From: an uncultured candidate division Zixibacteria bacterium
GTDB taxonomy: Bacteria; Zixibacteria; MSB-5A5; GN15; PGXB01
Length of the DNA: 64,000 nucleotides
NCBI GenBank assembly: GCA_963702205.1
Contig: OY969724.1
Location: 2,656,001-2,720,000 of the forward strand
Direction: 5' to 3'
The first letter of the stretch is position 1; each line of letters opens with the position of its first letter. This document shows, in pieces, positions 49,712 to 59,762 of the stretch. The notes beneath the pieces are model-generated. The model worked only from the letters and a program-made list of their open reading frames with translations, made no database searches and was not told the origin of the DNA. Position numbers and translations under genes: made by a program.

Positions 49712-50244
49712 ACCGCTTCCTTTTCTTTGTCGATCTTATCGCGTCCGGCCATCATGACCGCCGCGACTACTGCCACGAGGAGCAGAATTGAAGTCAACTC
49801 GAACGGAAACAGGTACTTGGTATATAAAAGTTCCGCAACCGGAGGAACACTCCCGAAACCGGGACTCAGGGTTCCCGCCGTCCCCGAAAGACTGTTTGAA
49901 TTCGCAGCCGTATGTGCCACCGCCGCCAGTTCGATAATCATCAGGAAAGAAAAGATCAGCTTGGTCGCCAGGCTGACTTTGCTGCGCTCGTGGCCGAACC
50001 GTTCTCCCCTCAGATTCAACAGCATGATGACAAACAGGAACAGAACCAGAATCGCTCCGGCGTAGATGATCACAAGCAGTGCCCCGACAAAAAGTGCTCC
50101 GAGCTGAATGTATAAAACCGCCTGGGCAACCAGGGATAAAATTAAATACAGCACCGACGCCACGGGATTGCGCTGGGCGATCATCATAACCGCACCGCCT
50201 ATCGCGACCAGGGCCGATATGTAAAATACCACTACTTCCAGCAC
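49708..50244 (-). CDS. nuoJ: NADH-quinone oxidoreductase subunit J
   Basis: NPVASVL, YAGAILVLFLFVIMLL, YLFPFELTSILLL. Confidence 0.95.
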   Translation of the reverse strand: MLEVVVFYISALVAIGGAVMMIAQRNPVASVLYLILSLVAQAVLYIQLGALFVGALLVIIYAGAILVLFLFVIMLLNLRGERFGHERSKVSLATKLIFSFLMIIELAAVAHTAANSNSLSGTAGTLSPGFGSVPPVAELLYTKYLFPFELTSILLLVAVVAAVMMAGRDKIDKEKEAV

Positions 50245-50246
50245 GG

Positions 50247-50720
50247 CTAAAAGATCCTTCTCACTTTTCTGATAATCTTCTTAAACGGCTTTTCTTTCGT
50301 GGGACGATTGGCCAGCATTTGTTCTTTCGTAAAAATAAACGAATCACGGTTGTCATCCGAAAACTCGTACTCGTGTCCCAGGAAGATGGCTTCCTCGGGG
50401 CAGGCTTCTTCACAATAACCGCAAAAAATGCATCGCAACAGATTTATTTCATAAACTTTGGCATACCGCTCGCCTTTTTCGTTTTCCGCCCCTTCCATAT
50501 AAATGGCATCAGCCGGGCACGACGACGCACACAGACCGCAGCAGACACACCGCTCGGTACCGTCGTCGTATTTCTCCAGATAATGCTTGCCCCGGTAGCG
50601 CGGGAACATCGCCTGCTTTTCGTAGGGGTACTTTCGCGTCACCGGTTTCTTGAACAGGTGCTTGAAGGTCGTCAGGAAACCTTTCGGCAGGGCGATAAAT
50701 ACGGTACGAATAAAGTTCAC
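50247..50720 (-). CDS. nuoI: NADH-quinone oxidoreductase subunit I
   Basis: RYRGKH, two CxxCxxCxxxCP motifs. Confidence 0.96.
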   Translation of the reverse strand: MNFIRTVFIALPKGFLTTFKHLFKKPVTRKYPYEKQAMFPRYRGKHYLEKYDDGTERCVCCGLCASSCPADAIYMEGAENEKGERYAKVYEINLLRCIFCGYCEEACPEEAIFLGHEYEFSDDNRDSFIFTKEQMLANRPTKEKPFKKIIRKVRRIF

Positions 50721-50728
50721 TTGCTCAC

Positions 50729-51712
50729 CTAATATAGTTTAATCCAGGCCGTGATCATGGTATTGATCAAAGCCAGTGGAAACAACACTTTCCATCCGAA
50801 ATTCATCAACTGGTCATAACGAAAACGCGGCAGCGTCGCCCGCAGCCAGATATAAAAGCACATAAATAACGCCACCTTAATAACGAACCACAAAATCGGC
50901 GGCAGGATCGGTCCCTGCCAGCCCCCGAGAAACAGGGTTGTCACGACACATCCGACCGCTATCATATTGGCGTACTCACCGATAAAGAACATCGCGAAAC
51001 GCATCGATGAATATTCCGTGTGATACCCGGCGACCAATTCCGATTCCGCTTCCGGCAGATCGAACGGGGCGCGGTTGGTCTCGGCGACGGCGCAGATGAC
51101 GAATATCACGAAGGCAACCGGCTGGCGGAAAATAAACCAGTCGAAAACCGACGCTTGTTGAGCAACGAGTTCTTTCATCGATAATGTCTGCGCGATCAAC
51201 AGGACACCGATTATCGAAAGGCCGTAGGCTATCTCATACGATATCATCTGGGCCGAGGAACGGATACCGCCCAGAAGAGAATACTTGGAACCCGACGACC
51301 ACCCGGCCAGGAGGAGTCCGTAAACGCCCAGCGAGGTCACCGCAAAAATAAACAGAATGCCTATATTCAAATCAGAAATAGTCGGATCAACTGTCACCCC
51401 GAACATTTCGAACGGCTTGCCAAAAGGTATTACGGCAAATGAAAGCAGGGCCGGAATAAACGAGACGATCGGGGCCAGGGCGTATGTCAGTCGTTCGGCT
51501 TTATCCGGAACGATGTCTTCTTTAAAAATGAGTTTAATGGCGTCGGCTATCGGCTGCAACAGGCCGAACGGCCCGGCGTACTCGGGACCGATGCGATGCT
51601 GGAAGTGGCCGACCAGTTTTCTTTCCAGCCAGGTGCTGTACGCGCACCCGGTCAGAACGGCAACTATAATCACCACCGTCTTTATGGCCGATATTATGGC
51701 GATTTCCAGCAT
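50729..51712 (-). CDS. nuoH: NADH-quinone oxidoreductase subunit H
   Basis: GLLQPIADAIKL, AQMISYE, ETNRAPFDLPEAESELVAG, PRFRYDQLM. Confidence 0.97.
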   Translation of the reverse strand: MLEIAIISAIKTVVIIVAVLTGCAYSTWLERKLVGHFQHRIGPEYAGPFGLLQPIADAIKLIFKEDIVPDKAERLTYALAPIVSFIPALLSFAVIPFGKPFEMFGVTVDPTISDLNIGILFIFAVTSLGVYGLLLAGWSSGSKYSLLGGIRSSAQMISYEIAYGLSIIGVLLIAQTLSMKELVAQQASVFDWFIFRQPVAFVIFVICAVAETNRAPFDLPEAESELVAGYHTEYSSMRFAMFFIGEYANMIAVGCVVTTLFLGGWQGPILPPILWFVIKVALFMCFYIWLRATLPRFRYDQLMNFGWKVLFPLALINTMITAWIKLY

Positions 51713-51713
51713 T

Positions 51714-54248
51714 CTACTTTTCCTCTACCCGGCTTAGCTTCACATAGTCCACCCGGCGTTTACGCATCTGAAGTCCGTTGGTCGGTGTCGCCGAGAAATT
51801 TCTATATATGATGACCACGTCGTTATCAATATGCTCGGATATTCTCACCGGTAATATAATCTTGCCGACTTCCGATTCAATTCTAAGCAGCGTTCCGTTT
51901 TGAGCGTGATATTTTTCCGCCAGGGCCGGAGAGATTTCCAAAAATGATTCGCTGCAAAATGCCGAAAGCGATTTTGATTTTTCGGTCAGGTGCCCGAAAT
52001 GGTGCAACTCGTCGGCTACGATCAAAGCAATGTTATAATCTTTGCCCGGCTCTTCGGTCAAATATTTGGCTTCTTTCAGTTCGGAAATGACAGGGGCAAC
52101 TCTTTCGACATCGAGCAGAGTCGTTATTTCATCCTGAAGTTGGCTGTCCGAATCATACAGCGGGTTTTTCATCGCCTCCGCCAGCCGGTTCATTATCTCA
52201 TGACCGGGTAAGGCCTGCCCCGGCGGATTTATCGCCTTATCGAAATGCTGCAAGCGTCCTTCGACATTTATAAAGGCCCCGGATATCTCGGCCGGTCCCG
52301 CCAGCGGCAGAACGACGTCCGCCATAGCCGAGGTTTTGCTTTCGAACATATCCGCCACGACCAGAAAGTCGAGCGTTTCCAAACCCTCGCGCACGAATTC
52401 GCCGTCGGGGTACACCAGCATCGGGTCGCATCCCATAACAAAGACCGAATCGACTTCCTCTTTTTTGCCGGCCAGCAGAATCCTGTCGGCGGCCAGCCCG
52501 GCCTGCTCGGGATAGCCGTTCCACATTTCATTCAATTTCCCGATGGCGGCATCGGACAGATGAGGCATGACGCCCAGCCATTCGGCGCCTTTACTGTTGG
52601 CGTACTTCGACAAAAATCCAAACTGACCCTTGTTTAGTATTCCTGATATTAAAAGCATATTCGAAATCGACGCCGCCATGCTGTCACGAGTCGTGGCGTT
52701 GGTCAGAAGTTCTCCGACAATGACGGTCACATTCTTGGCGTCCAGAATAGCTTTGGCCAGTCCGTTGATCCGTTCCTTATCCACCCCGCAAATCTTTGAA
52801 GCGGCATCCAAACTCGACGGGTCAATCAACGATTTAAGTCTATCCGCATATTTATTTTTCAGATCGTTGTCGTGTTCGGTCATCGCCACGCATAGTCCGT
52901 TGATAAATGCCTCCAACGTCCCCAGACGATAAATTATTTCATCGGTCGAAATATCGCCGGATTTCGTCGCGAACGGGTTGATCGTATATAATTTAGCGCC
53001 TGAATTATTGACCGTTTTGCGCACCCGCAAGTGTACTATCGGATGCTCGTTTATCAAATTGGATGCGATCACCAGGACGACGTCGGACTTTTCGATATTT
53101 TCGATTGAAAGTTGATGTTTCGTCAGGCTGGTATATAAGTCCCCGGATTTTTCCGGGAGCATTTTATAATCTATGCGGAAGTCGACATTATTCGTATTCA
53201 ATACCGTGCGGAAAAATTTCGAGAAAGTGTACAACGAACTGCAATCGAGTCCCGGGTAGGCCAGCCCGCTGAGACAGACACCGCCTTTTTTATCTTTAAT
53301 ATCTTTGAACTTGGCAGCGATAGCACCGATCGCTTCTTCCCAGGTTGCCTCAACCTGATGCTCACCCTTTTTGATCAACGGCGTTGTCAGACGGTCTTCG
53401 GCGTTGGCAATCTGGTACCCATAACGACCCCGGTCACAAATCCAGCCTTCATCGATAGCGTCGTTGCGGCGCGACGTCGCGCGATATATTTCATTGCGGT
53501 TTTTCCATAGCGTAAGATTACAGCCGTCGGCGCAGTAATTACAAACCGATTTGACCTGCTGTGTTTTCCAGACCCGTATTTTATATCGGAAATCGGTATT
53601 GGTCAGCGCTCCAACCGGACAAATCTCGACCAGATTGCCGCTGTACAGCGAATCGACCTGCTCGCCGGGCGCGGCGTCGATCTCGGCAACGTTGCCGCGA
53701 TAAAATGCTCCCAGGTCGTGCTCGCCGAAAACCTCCTTATTGGCCCGGACACATTTAAAACAAAGGATGCACCGGTTTTGGTTTCTTATTATTTCCGGAC
53801 CGATACGATAATCATCGAACGTTGATTTTGGATCACGTTTGAATCTATATTTGGAGAAGTCATAGCGGGAATCATCGGTGGCGTGCTCGAACGTCAGGTC
53901 CTGAAGATCGCACTCCCCGCCTTTGTCGCAGGTCGGGCAGTCCAGCGGATGATTCAACAGGATAAACTCCAAAACGGCCTTGCGGCCCTGAATGACCTTT
54001 TCTGACCTGGTGTGGACGACCATGTCCGGCATACATTCGGTGGCGCAGGAAACGGCCAAAGTACGGAATTTTTCGATCTCGACATAGCACATACGGCAGG
54101 CCCCGACCGATTTCAATTTCGGGTGCCAGCAGAAAGTCGGAATCTCGATACCCATGGAGCGCGCCGCCACGAGGACGGTCGTCCCCTTTTCGACCGTTAC
54201 CTGCCGGTCGTCTATGGTCAGTGTGATTTTATTGCCGTTGTCGCTCAT
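51714..54248 (-). CDS. nuoG: NADH-quinone oxidoreductase subunit G
   Basis: IPTFCWHP, GACRMC, NHPLDCPTCDKGGECDLQD, CILCFKC, N7-type CNYCADGC; ATG 54248 overlaps the nuoF stop. Confidence 0.95.
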   Translation of the reverse strand: MSDNGNKITLTIDDRQVTVEKGTTVLVAARSMGIEIPTFCWHPKLKSVGACRMCYVEIEKFRTLAVSCATECMPDMVVHTRSEKVIQGRKAVLEFILLNHPLDCPTCDKGGECDLQDLTFEHATDDSRYDFSKYRFKRDPKSTFDDYRIGPEIIRNQNRCILCFKCVRANKEVFGEHDLGAFYRGNVAEIDAAPGEQVDSLYSGNLVEICPVGALTNTDFRYKIRVWKTQQVKSVCNYCADGCNLTLWKNRNEIYRATSRRNDAIDEGWICDRGRYGYQIANAEDRLTTPLIKKGEHQVEATWEEAIGAIAAKFKDIKDKKGGVCLSGLAYPGLDCSSLYTFSKFFRTVLNTNNVDFRIDYKMLPEKSGDLYTSLTKHQLSIENIEKSDVVLVIASNLINEHPIVHLRVRKTVNNSGAKLYTINPFATKSGDISTDEIIYRLGTLEAFINGLCVAMTEHDNDLKNKYADRLKSLIDPSSLDAASKICGVDKERINGLAKAILDAKNVTVIVGELLTNATTRDSMAASISNMLLISGILNKGQFGFLSKYANSKGAEWLGVMPHLSDAAIGKLNEMWNGYPEQAGLAADRILLAGKKEEVDSVFVMGCDPMLVYPDGEFVREGLETLDFLVVADMFESKTSAMADVVLPLAGPAEISGAFINVEGRLQHFDKAINPPGQALPGHEIMNRLAEAMKNPLYDSDSQLQDEITTLLDVERVAPVISELKEAKYLTEEPGKDYNIALIVADELHHFGHLTEKSKSLSAFCSESFLEISPALAEKYHAQNGTLLRIESEVGKIILPVRISEHIDNDVVIIYRNFSATPTNGLQMRKRRVDYVKLSRVEEK

Positions 54249-55528
54249 TCGAACGGACACTCCGTTTCCACCATGCACTTGCCGTTGTCTATATGGTACT
54301 GCCACTCATCGCGGAATAATTTTATGGTCGACTGTATCGGCATGACCGCCGCGTCGCCAAGCGGACAAATCGTCCGCCCGAGTATATTATTGCAAATCGA
54401 TTCTATTTTCTCGATGTCGCCGGCTTTGCCTTCGCCGTGTTCGATACGGGAGATCATCTGCTCCAGCCAGCCGGTGCCTTCCCGGCAGGGAGTACATTTG
54501 CCGCACGATTCATGCTTGTAAAAATGTATCAGCCTCTCGATCACCCAGACGATACAGGTTTTTTCGTGCAGCACGATCACGCCACCGGAACCGAGCATTG
54601 ACCCCGCCGCGGTGACGGATTCATAGTCCAGAGGCGTATCCAGTTGCTCGGGCAGCAAAAATGGTGTCGAGGACCCGCCCGGAATAACGGCCTTGATCGT
54701 ATGCCCGTCGACTACCCCGCCGCCAAGATCGTTTATCAGGTACGACAGTGGCGTCCCTAACTCAAGCTCATAATTGCCGGGCTTTTTAACATGCCCGGAC
54801 AGGGAGAATATTTTCGTCCCTTTGGATTTCTCGGTCCCCATCGCGGCGTACCAATCGGGACCATTATTTATTATGTGCGGAATACAGGCCAGCGTCTCGA
54901 CGTTGTTGACCACCGTCGGGCAGGCATACAGACCTTCGATAGCCGGGAACGGCGGACGAATCCGCGACATTCCCCGCTCGCCTTCGAGCGAATTGAGCAG
55001 AGCCGTCTCTTCACCACATATATAGGCGCCGCCGCCGGTGTGTATGATCAATTCGAGATCGTATCCCGACCCGAAAATATTTTTGCCGAGCATGCCTTTG
55101 TCATAGGCTTCTTTGACGGCTTTATTCATCGAGCGGATCGGCCCGCCGAACTCGCCGCGAATATAAATGAAGCACAAATGGCATCCGATGGCATACGATG
55201 CAATGGCCATACCTTCGATGACGCCGTGCGGATCGCATTCCATCAACTGGCGGTCCTTGCACGTGCCGGGTTCTGATTCATCGGCGTTGCAGACGAGATA
55301 GCGCGGTTTGGGGCTGTCCTTGGGCACGAAGCTCCATTTCAGCCCGGCCGGGAATCCGGCCCCGCCGCGTCCGCGCACACCCGATTTTTTGACCGTCTCG
55401 ATAAGATCCGCCGGCTGCATTTCTTTCAAAACCTTCTCCCAGGCCTTATAGCCGCCGCGCGAGATATAGGTATCGATCCGGACCTGCTCGGGGTCGTCGA
55501 TATATTTAAACAGAACCTTCTTTTCCAT
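54245..55528 (-). CDS. nuoF: NADH-quinone oxidoreductase subunit F
   Basis: GRGGAGFPAG, NADESEPG, GAYICGEETAL, ESCGKCTPCREG. Confidence 0.97.
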   Translation of the reverse strand: MEKKVLFKYIDDPEQVRIDTYISRGGYKAWEKVLKEMQPADLIETVKKSGVRGRGGAGFPAGLKWSFVPKDSPKPRYLVCNADESEPGTCKDRQLMECDPHGVIEGMAIASYAIGCHLCFIYIRGEFGGPIRSMNKAVKEAYDKGMLGKNIFGSGYDLELIIHTGGGAYICGEETALLNSLEGERGMSRIRPPFPAIEGLYACPTVVNNVETLACIPHIINNGPDWYAAMGTEKSKGTKIFSLSGHVKKPGNYELELGTPLSYLINDLGGGVVDGHTIKAVIPGGSSTPFLLPEQLDTPLDYESVTAAGSMLGSGGVIVLHEKTCIVWVIERLIHFYKHESCGKCTPCREGTGWLEQMISRIEHGEGKAGDIEKIESICNNILGRTICPLGDAAVMPIQSTIKLFRDEWQYHIDNGKCMVETECPFE

Positions 55529-56006
55529 CCTCCGCCTTTTTTCTCAAATCATCGAGAATAGCATCGACCTTTTCTTTCGTGAGGTACTCGTAGTACCTGT
55601 CGCCGATCTGCATCATGGGTGCCGACGCGCAGCTTCCCAGACATTCCACCGAAATCAAAGTAAACATCTTATCCGACGTCGTCTCGCCTTTTTTAATCCC
55701 CAGCTTCTGCTCCAGATAATCCACCAGCCCGTCGGCCCCAAGCAGTGCGCAGCTTATGTTATGGCACACCTGTATCAAGTAGCGGCCGGTCGGTGCCTTG
55801 GGGAACATCGTGTAGAACGATGCGGCTTCGGCGATTTCACCTTCGGGGATTTCTATGACTTCCGAAATTTCCTTGTATATTTCTTCATCGAGATGTCCCA
55901 GTTGATTGTACGCCACCGTCAGAGCGGGCAACACAGCGGATTTGCGCTTCGGGTAGCGCACCATCTTCTCTTTGATCTCGGCTATGGAATTTTCCGACAA
56001 AATCAT
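55506..56006 (-). CDS. nuoE: NADH-quinone oxidoreductase subunit E
   Basis: SFYTMF, CHNISC, ECLGSC..AP. Confidence 0.95.
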   Translation of the reverse strand: MILSENSIAEIKEKMVRYPKRKSAVLPALTVAYNQLGHLDEEIYKEISEVIEIPEGEIAEAASFYTMFPKAPTGRYLIQVCHNISCALLGADGLVDYLEQKLGIKKGETTSDKMFTLISVECLGSCASAPMMQIGDRYYEYLTKEKVDAILDDLRKKAEDGKEGSV

Positions 56007-57187
56007 CTGTCCACCTCACCCAGCACGATGTCAATCGAGCCGATCGCGGCTATAACGTCGGCCACCATGCCGCCCTCGACCATTTTGGGCAGCGCCGAAA
56101 GATTCACGAAACTCGGCGGCCGCACTCTAACGCGATGGGGCCTGTTTGTGCCGTCTGATGATATATAGTATCCCAGCTCGCCTTTGGGGGCTTCAATCGC
56201 TTGATAAACCGCGCCCTTAGGCGTCTTGAAACCGTCAGTGATAATCTTAAAATGATAAATCAAAGATTCCATTTTGCTCAGGACGTCTTCCTTGGGCGGG
56301 AGAACCACGCCGGGGACGTGCGCCCGGTACGGTCCTTCCGGCATGCCTTCGAGCGCCTGCCGCGCAATACGCAGCGACTGGTGCATTTCTTCCTGCCTCA
56401 CGATGAAACGATCGAAAACGTCACCGTTCTTGCCGAGCGGAACCTCAAAATCGAATTTTTCGTAGGCACTGTACGGATTAGCTTTGCGGACGTCGTAATT
56501 GATGCCCGACCCGCGCAGACTGGGCCCGGTCAGACCGTAGTTAATGGCGTCATCGGCCGATATTTTGGCAATTCCGATAGTACGAAGCCGAAATATTTTA
56601 TTGTCGTTGAGCAGACGCTCATAATCGAGCAAACCGGCCTCGACCTGCTTGATTGCCTTTTTCACCCAATTATCGAAGTCGGGAGGAAGATCGTAGGCCA
56701 AGCCCCCGATCCGGAAATAGGTTGACATCATTCGCTGGCCGGACACCGCTTCATATATATCAATAATCGATTCGCGTTCACGGAACGCATACAGCGCCAT
56801 CGACATCGCCCCCAGATCGAAGGCGTGGGTCCCGATCCAGACCAGGTGCGATTTAATTCGAGTCATTTCGGTAAGACAGACCCGGGCCCATTTGACTTTT
56901 TCGGGGACGTCGATCCCGAGGAGTTTCTCGACCGCCAGGCAAAAGCCGAGATTGTTTGACATCGGGGCCAGATAATCCATGCGATCGGTCATCGGGATAT
57001 TTTTATAGTACAACTTTGATTCGAATGTTTTTTCAATACCGGTATGGAGATAACCGATATGGGGCGTCGCCTTAACCACGGTTTCGCCGTCGAGTTCCAG
57101 TTCCACCCTCAAAACGCCGTGCGTAGCCGGGTGCTGCGGCCCCATATTGAGGTTCATCGTCTTTCTCTGGCTGCCGGCTGCCGTCAT
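56003..57187 (-). CDS. nuoD: NADH-quinone oxidoreductase subunit D
   Basis: NMGPQHPATHGVLR, DRMDY, EAPKGELG, DIVLGEVDR. Confidence 0.97.
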   Translation of the reverse strand: MTAAGSQRKTMNLNMGPQHPATHGVLRVELELDGETVVKATPHIGYLHTGIEKTFESKLYYKNIPMTDRMDYLAPMSNNLGFCLAVEKLLGIDVPEKVKWARVCLTEMTRIKSHLVWIGTHAFDLGAMSMALYAFRERESIIDIYEAVSGQRMMSTYFRIGGLAYDLPPDFDNWVKKAIKQVEAGLLDYERLLNDNKIFRLRTIGIAKISADDAINYGLTGPSLRGSGINYDVRKANPYSAYEKFDFEVPLGKNGDVFDRFIVRQEEMHQSLRIARQALEGMPEGPYRAHVPGVVLPPKEDVLSKMESLIYHFKIITDGFKTPKGAVYQAIEAPKGELGYYISSDGTNRPHRVRVRPPSFVNLSALPKMVEGGMVADVIAAIGSIDIVLGEVDR

Positions 57188-57699
57188 TTTATAACCTCGG
57201 GCGGTTCGTTCATATTGTGGGAAAAGCGCGGCATTTCATAGGTCAGCGGGAAATCCTTGCGCAGAGGATGGCCCTCGAGAAAATCCGGCGTGACGATCTT
57301 CACCCGGTTGGGATGCCCGGAGAATTTTATTCCCATCATGTCCCAGACCTCGCGCTCGAGCCAGTTGGCCCCCTGCCAGATCGGAGTAACCGTATCAATG
57401 ACGGGGTCATCACCGCTCAGACGGACCTTTATAAGCAGGCGATATTTATTCTTTATGGAATATAGGTTATATATGACTTCAAAGCGGCCTTCTTTTTCTT
57501 CCGGCAGACCCATCCAGTCGAGCGAACAAATATCGGCCAGCAGATTGAAATCGAGATTGCGGTCTCCCCTCAATGAATCCAGCAGTTCGAAAATATAATC
57601 CCGGTCGACATAAAAAGACTGCTGATCCCTGAAATTATCCTCGCGGATAACGGCGTCTCTAAAATTCGCTTCCAGAAATTGTCTGACTTTTTCTTCCAT
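57184..57699 (-). CDS. nuoC: NADH-quinone oxidoreductase subunit C
   Basis: RFEVIYNL, ANWLEREVWDMMGI, GHPLRKDFPL. Confidence 0.96.
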   Translation of the reverse strand: MEEKVRQFLEANFRDAVIREDNFRDQQSFYVDRDYIFELLDSLRGDRNLDFNLLADICSLDWMGLPEEKEGRFEVIYNLYSIKNKYRLLIKVRLSGDDPVIDTVTPIWQGANWLEREVWDMMGIKFSGHPNRVKIVTPDFLEGHPLRKDFPLTYEMPRFSHNMNEPPEVIK

Positions 57700-57728
57700 G
57701 ACGTCAATCGGTCCGGCCTGCCCGGCCC

Positions 57729-58223
57729 TTATTTTTCCTTCTCGTTCTTCCCGGTCTTAAAACTGGAGTGGGCCACTTTTTCCTGAAGTTTCAATATTCC
57801 TTCGATCAACTGCTCCGGCCTTGGCGGGCAGCCCGGCACATATATATCCACCGGTAATATTCTGTCCACCCCCTGGACGATGGCATAATTATTGAAAACC
57901 CCGCCGCAGGAGGCGCACGCTCCCATTGAAATCACCCACTTGGGATTCGGCATCTGGTCGTAAAGCCGTTTGAGCACTGGTGCCATTTTGGTCGAAACAC
58001 GGCCGGAGATTATCATCAGGTCGGCCTGACGCGGCGACGGCCGCATAACTTCCATGCCGAAGCGGGCCAGGTCATAATGGGACATAAAAGTAGACATCAT
58101 CTCGATTGCACAGCAGGCCAGGCCCATGCCCAGCGGCCACATAGACCGCTTTCTGGCCCAGCCGACCATCTTCTCAAGGGTGGTCAACATTATCGAATCG
58201 GGAATTTTTTCTTCTAATCCCAC
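57729..58223 (-). CDS. nuoB: NADH-quinone oxidoreductase subunit B
   Basis: [33 protein letters not shown]. Confidence 0.97.
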   Translation of the reverse strand: MGLEEKIPDSIMLTTLEKMVGWARKRSMWPLGMGLACCAIEMMSTFMSHYDLARFGMEVMRPSPRQADLMIISGRVSTKMAPVLKRLYDQMPNPKWVISMGACASCGGVFNNYAIVQGVDRILPVDIYVPGCPPRPEQLIEGILKLQEKVAHSSFKTGKNEKEK

Positions 58224-58576
58224 TTCAAGGCCCCTTTACCGAGGATATAAAAGTAACCGACAAGCAGTATCAGCACGAAAACCAGCATTTCGACAAACCC
58301 GAAAACGCCGAGTTTGTCATAAATCACCGCCCATGGATACAAAAATACGACTTCAATATCGAAGATGATAAATAATATCGCAATCAGGTAAAACTTGATC
58401 GGAAACCGTTCCAGAGTGTCGCCTTTGGGGACGACACCGGATTCATAGGGGTCACCTTTGGCTTCGGCCTTGGTCCGTTTGCCAAATATGATGGACATAA
58501 CAAAAAATGCCAGAGCCAGAGCTGAGGCAAACAGGACCAGGAAAAATATAGGAAAAAAGGTGCTAAAGTGCTCCAT
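58214..58576 (-). CDS. nuoA: NADH-quinone oxidoreductase subunit A
   Basis: [34 protein letters not shown]. Confidence 0.96.
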   Translation of the reverse strand: MEHFSTFFPIFFLVLFASALALAFFVMSIIFGKRTKAEAKGDPYESGVVPKGDTLERFPIKFYLIAILFIIFDIEVVFLYPWAVIYDKLGVFGFVEMLVFVLILLVGYFYILGKGALKWD

Positions 58577-58607
58577 TTGGTTTCTTCCGTTCCATAAATA
58601 AAAGCCA

Positions 58608-58636
58608 ATTATAGTAATAAGACTTTTTCAAGTCAA
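58608..58636 (-). promoter_or_regulatory. sigma70 promoter of the nuo operon
   Basis: Minus strand TTGACT-17 nt-TATAAT. Confidence 0.75.
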
Positions 58637-58652
58637 TGCTTAAATTAGCCGC

Positions 58653-58670
58653 ATGTGAAATTATTAACAA
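58653..58670. promoter_or_regulatory. Rex-like or CRP/FNR-family operator upstream of the nuo promoter
   Basis: ATGTGAA-ATTA-TTAACAA; 2 mismatches to Rex TTGTGAA-N4-TTCACAA, 1 mismatch to the CRP core TGTGA-N6-TCACA. Confidence 0.55.
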
Positions 58671-58705
58671 ACTATGGCTCAATTAAGTTCCGAATATATT
58701 GAAGA

Positions 58706-59752
58706 TCATACGCCGATTCTAATATGATTGGAATAAATCCAGCCCCGTCCGTTCCTGCATACCTCGACCCGATACAACCCCTTTTGACTGGGCGAGTACT
58801 CCATAAAATCCCCGTTGCTTTCAAGCACAATGTTGCCGTCGCGGATGAGTTTAAATTGCCCTTTTTCCGGCAGTCGAGCGGTCATCCGGGCATTTTCGTT
58901 CGTTTCCAGCCGTCCCCCGGATATTACCGTCTCACCTCCCCGGCGGGCATAAAATTCAAATCCGGAGGCATCGCCCCAGCGATAATTCGATGCAAAAACC
59001 CGGCAATCTCTTATGGCATCATAAATTTGTTTTTTGGCCTGATTTAAATCCGAAGAAAGCCTTTCAGGCAGTAATAGATGGGTTCGCAACGATTTAAACT
59101 GCACTTTATAAGGAAAAATAGTTATGCGGATCGGGCCGAGCTTGTATGGAAACCCGTGCACGTCGATGGCTCCGATCCCGGCGATTTTGCGTTCGATATT
59201 GAGTTCATCCCATTTTTTCAAGATGCGGTCGGTCGGCGTTTGAAGAAATTTCCGGGGAGAAAAAAGCATTTTGAGCTTGTTGTATGGCTTTAGGTTCTCC
59301 ATCCACTCGGACATCTGATTCCATATTTCGATGCCGTCGAACTCGCGTGCGTCCCAGGCCAGCCAGGGATACGACGGATACTTGCCGAGACGGGGACGGA
59401 TTTCATCGGGATGAGCAATGATCCCCAGCGCTCCCTGACGAGCTCCTTCGGCGACATAATCCACGGGCGCCATATCTACCGGCAGGACGCTTTCAGTCCC
59501 GAATAAAAGATAATGATTGCAGTCTTCCCGGTCGTTATGTTCGTAACCGATCAGGGTCAATGTCTTGCCGTAGTAACCTTCTTTCCCGGCTTCTCGCAAT
59601 TCGAGGGTCATATGGTCGGATATCAGGATATAATCGAGCCCGACCGAATCGGCGATGGCGGCGACGTCTTCAAGAGTTTTTGAACCATCGGAAAAGGTCG
59701 TGTGGATATGCACGCAACCGATATACTCGTAATATTCGCCGTTTTTTTTCAT
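58706..59752 (-). CDS. PHP-domain metallohydrolase (CehA/McbA-like)
   Basis: HIHTTFSDG, SDH, IAHP, GIEIWN, DVH. Confidence 0.82.
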   Translation of the reverse strand: MKKNGEYYEYIGCVHIHTTFSDGSKTLEDVAAIADSVGLDYILISDHMTLELREAGKEGYYGKTLTLIGYEHNDREDCNHYLLFGTESVLPVDMAPVDYVAEGARQGALGIIAHPDEIRPRLGKYPSYPWLAWDAREFDGIEIWNQMSEWMENLKPYNKLKMLFSPRKFLQTPTDRILKKWDELNIERKIAGIGAIDVHGFPYKLGPIRITIFPYKVQFKSLRTHLLLPERLSSDLNQAKKQIYDAIRDCRVFASNYRWGDASGFEFYARRGGETVISGGRLETNENARMTARLPEKGQFKLIRDGNIVLESNGDFMEYSPSQKGLYRVEVCRNGRGWIYSNHIRIGV

Positions 59753-59762
59753 TGCAATACAA

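Noticed and set aside
56003..58223. group 4 [NiFe]-hydrogenase interpretation of nuoBCD
   Set aside because: NuoD lacks the Ni-binding CxxC motifs and the full nuoA-N set is present
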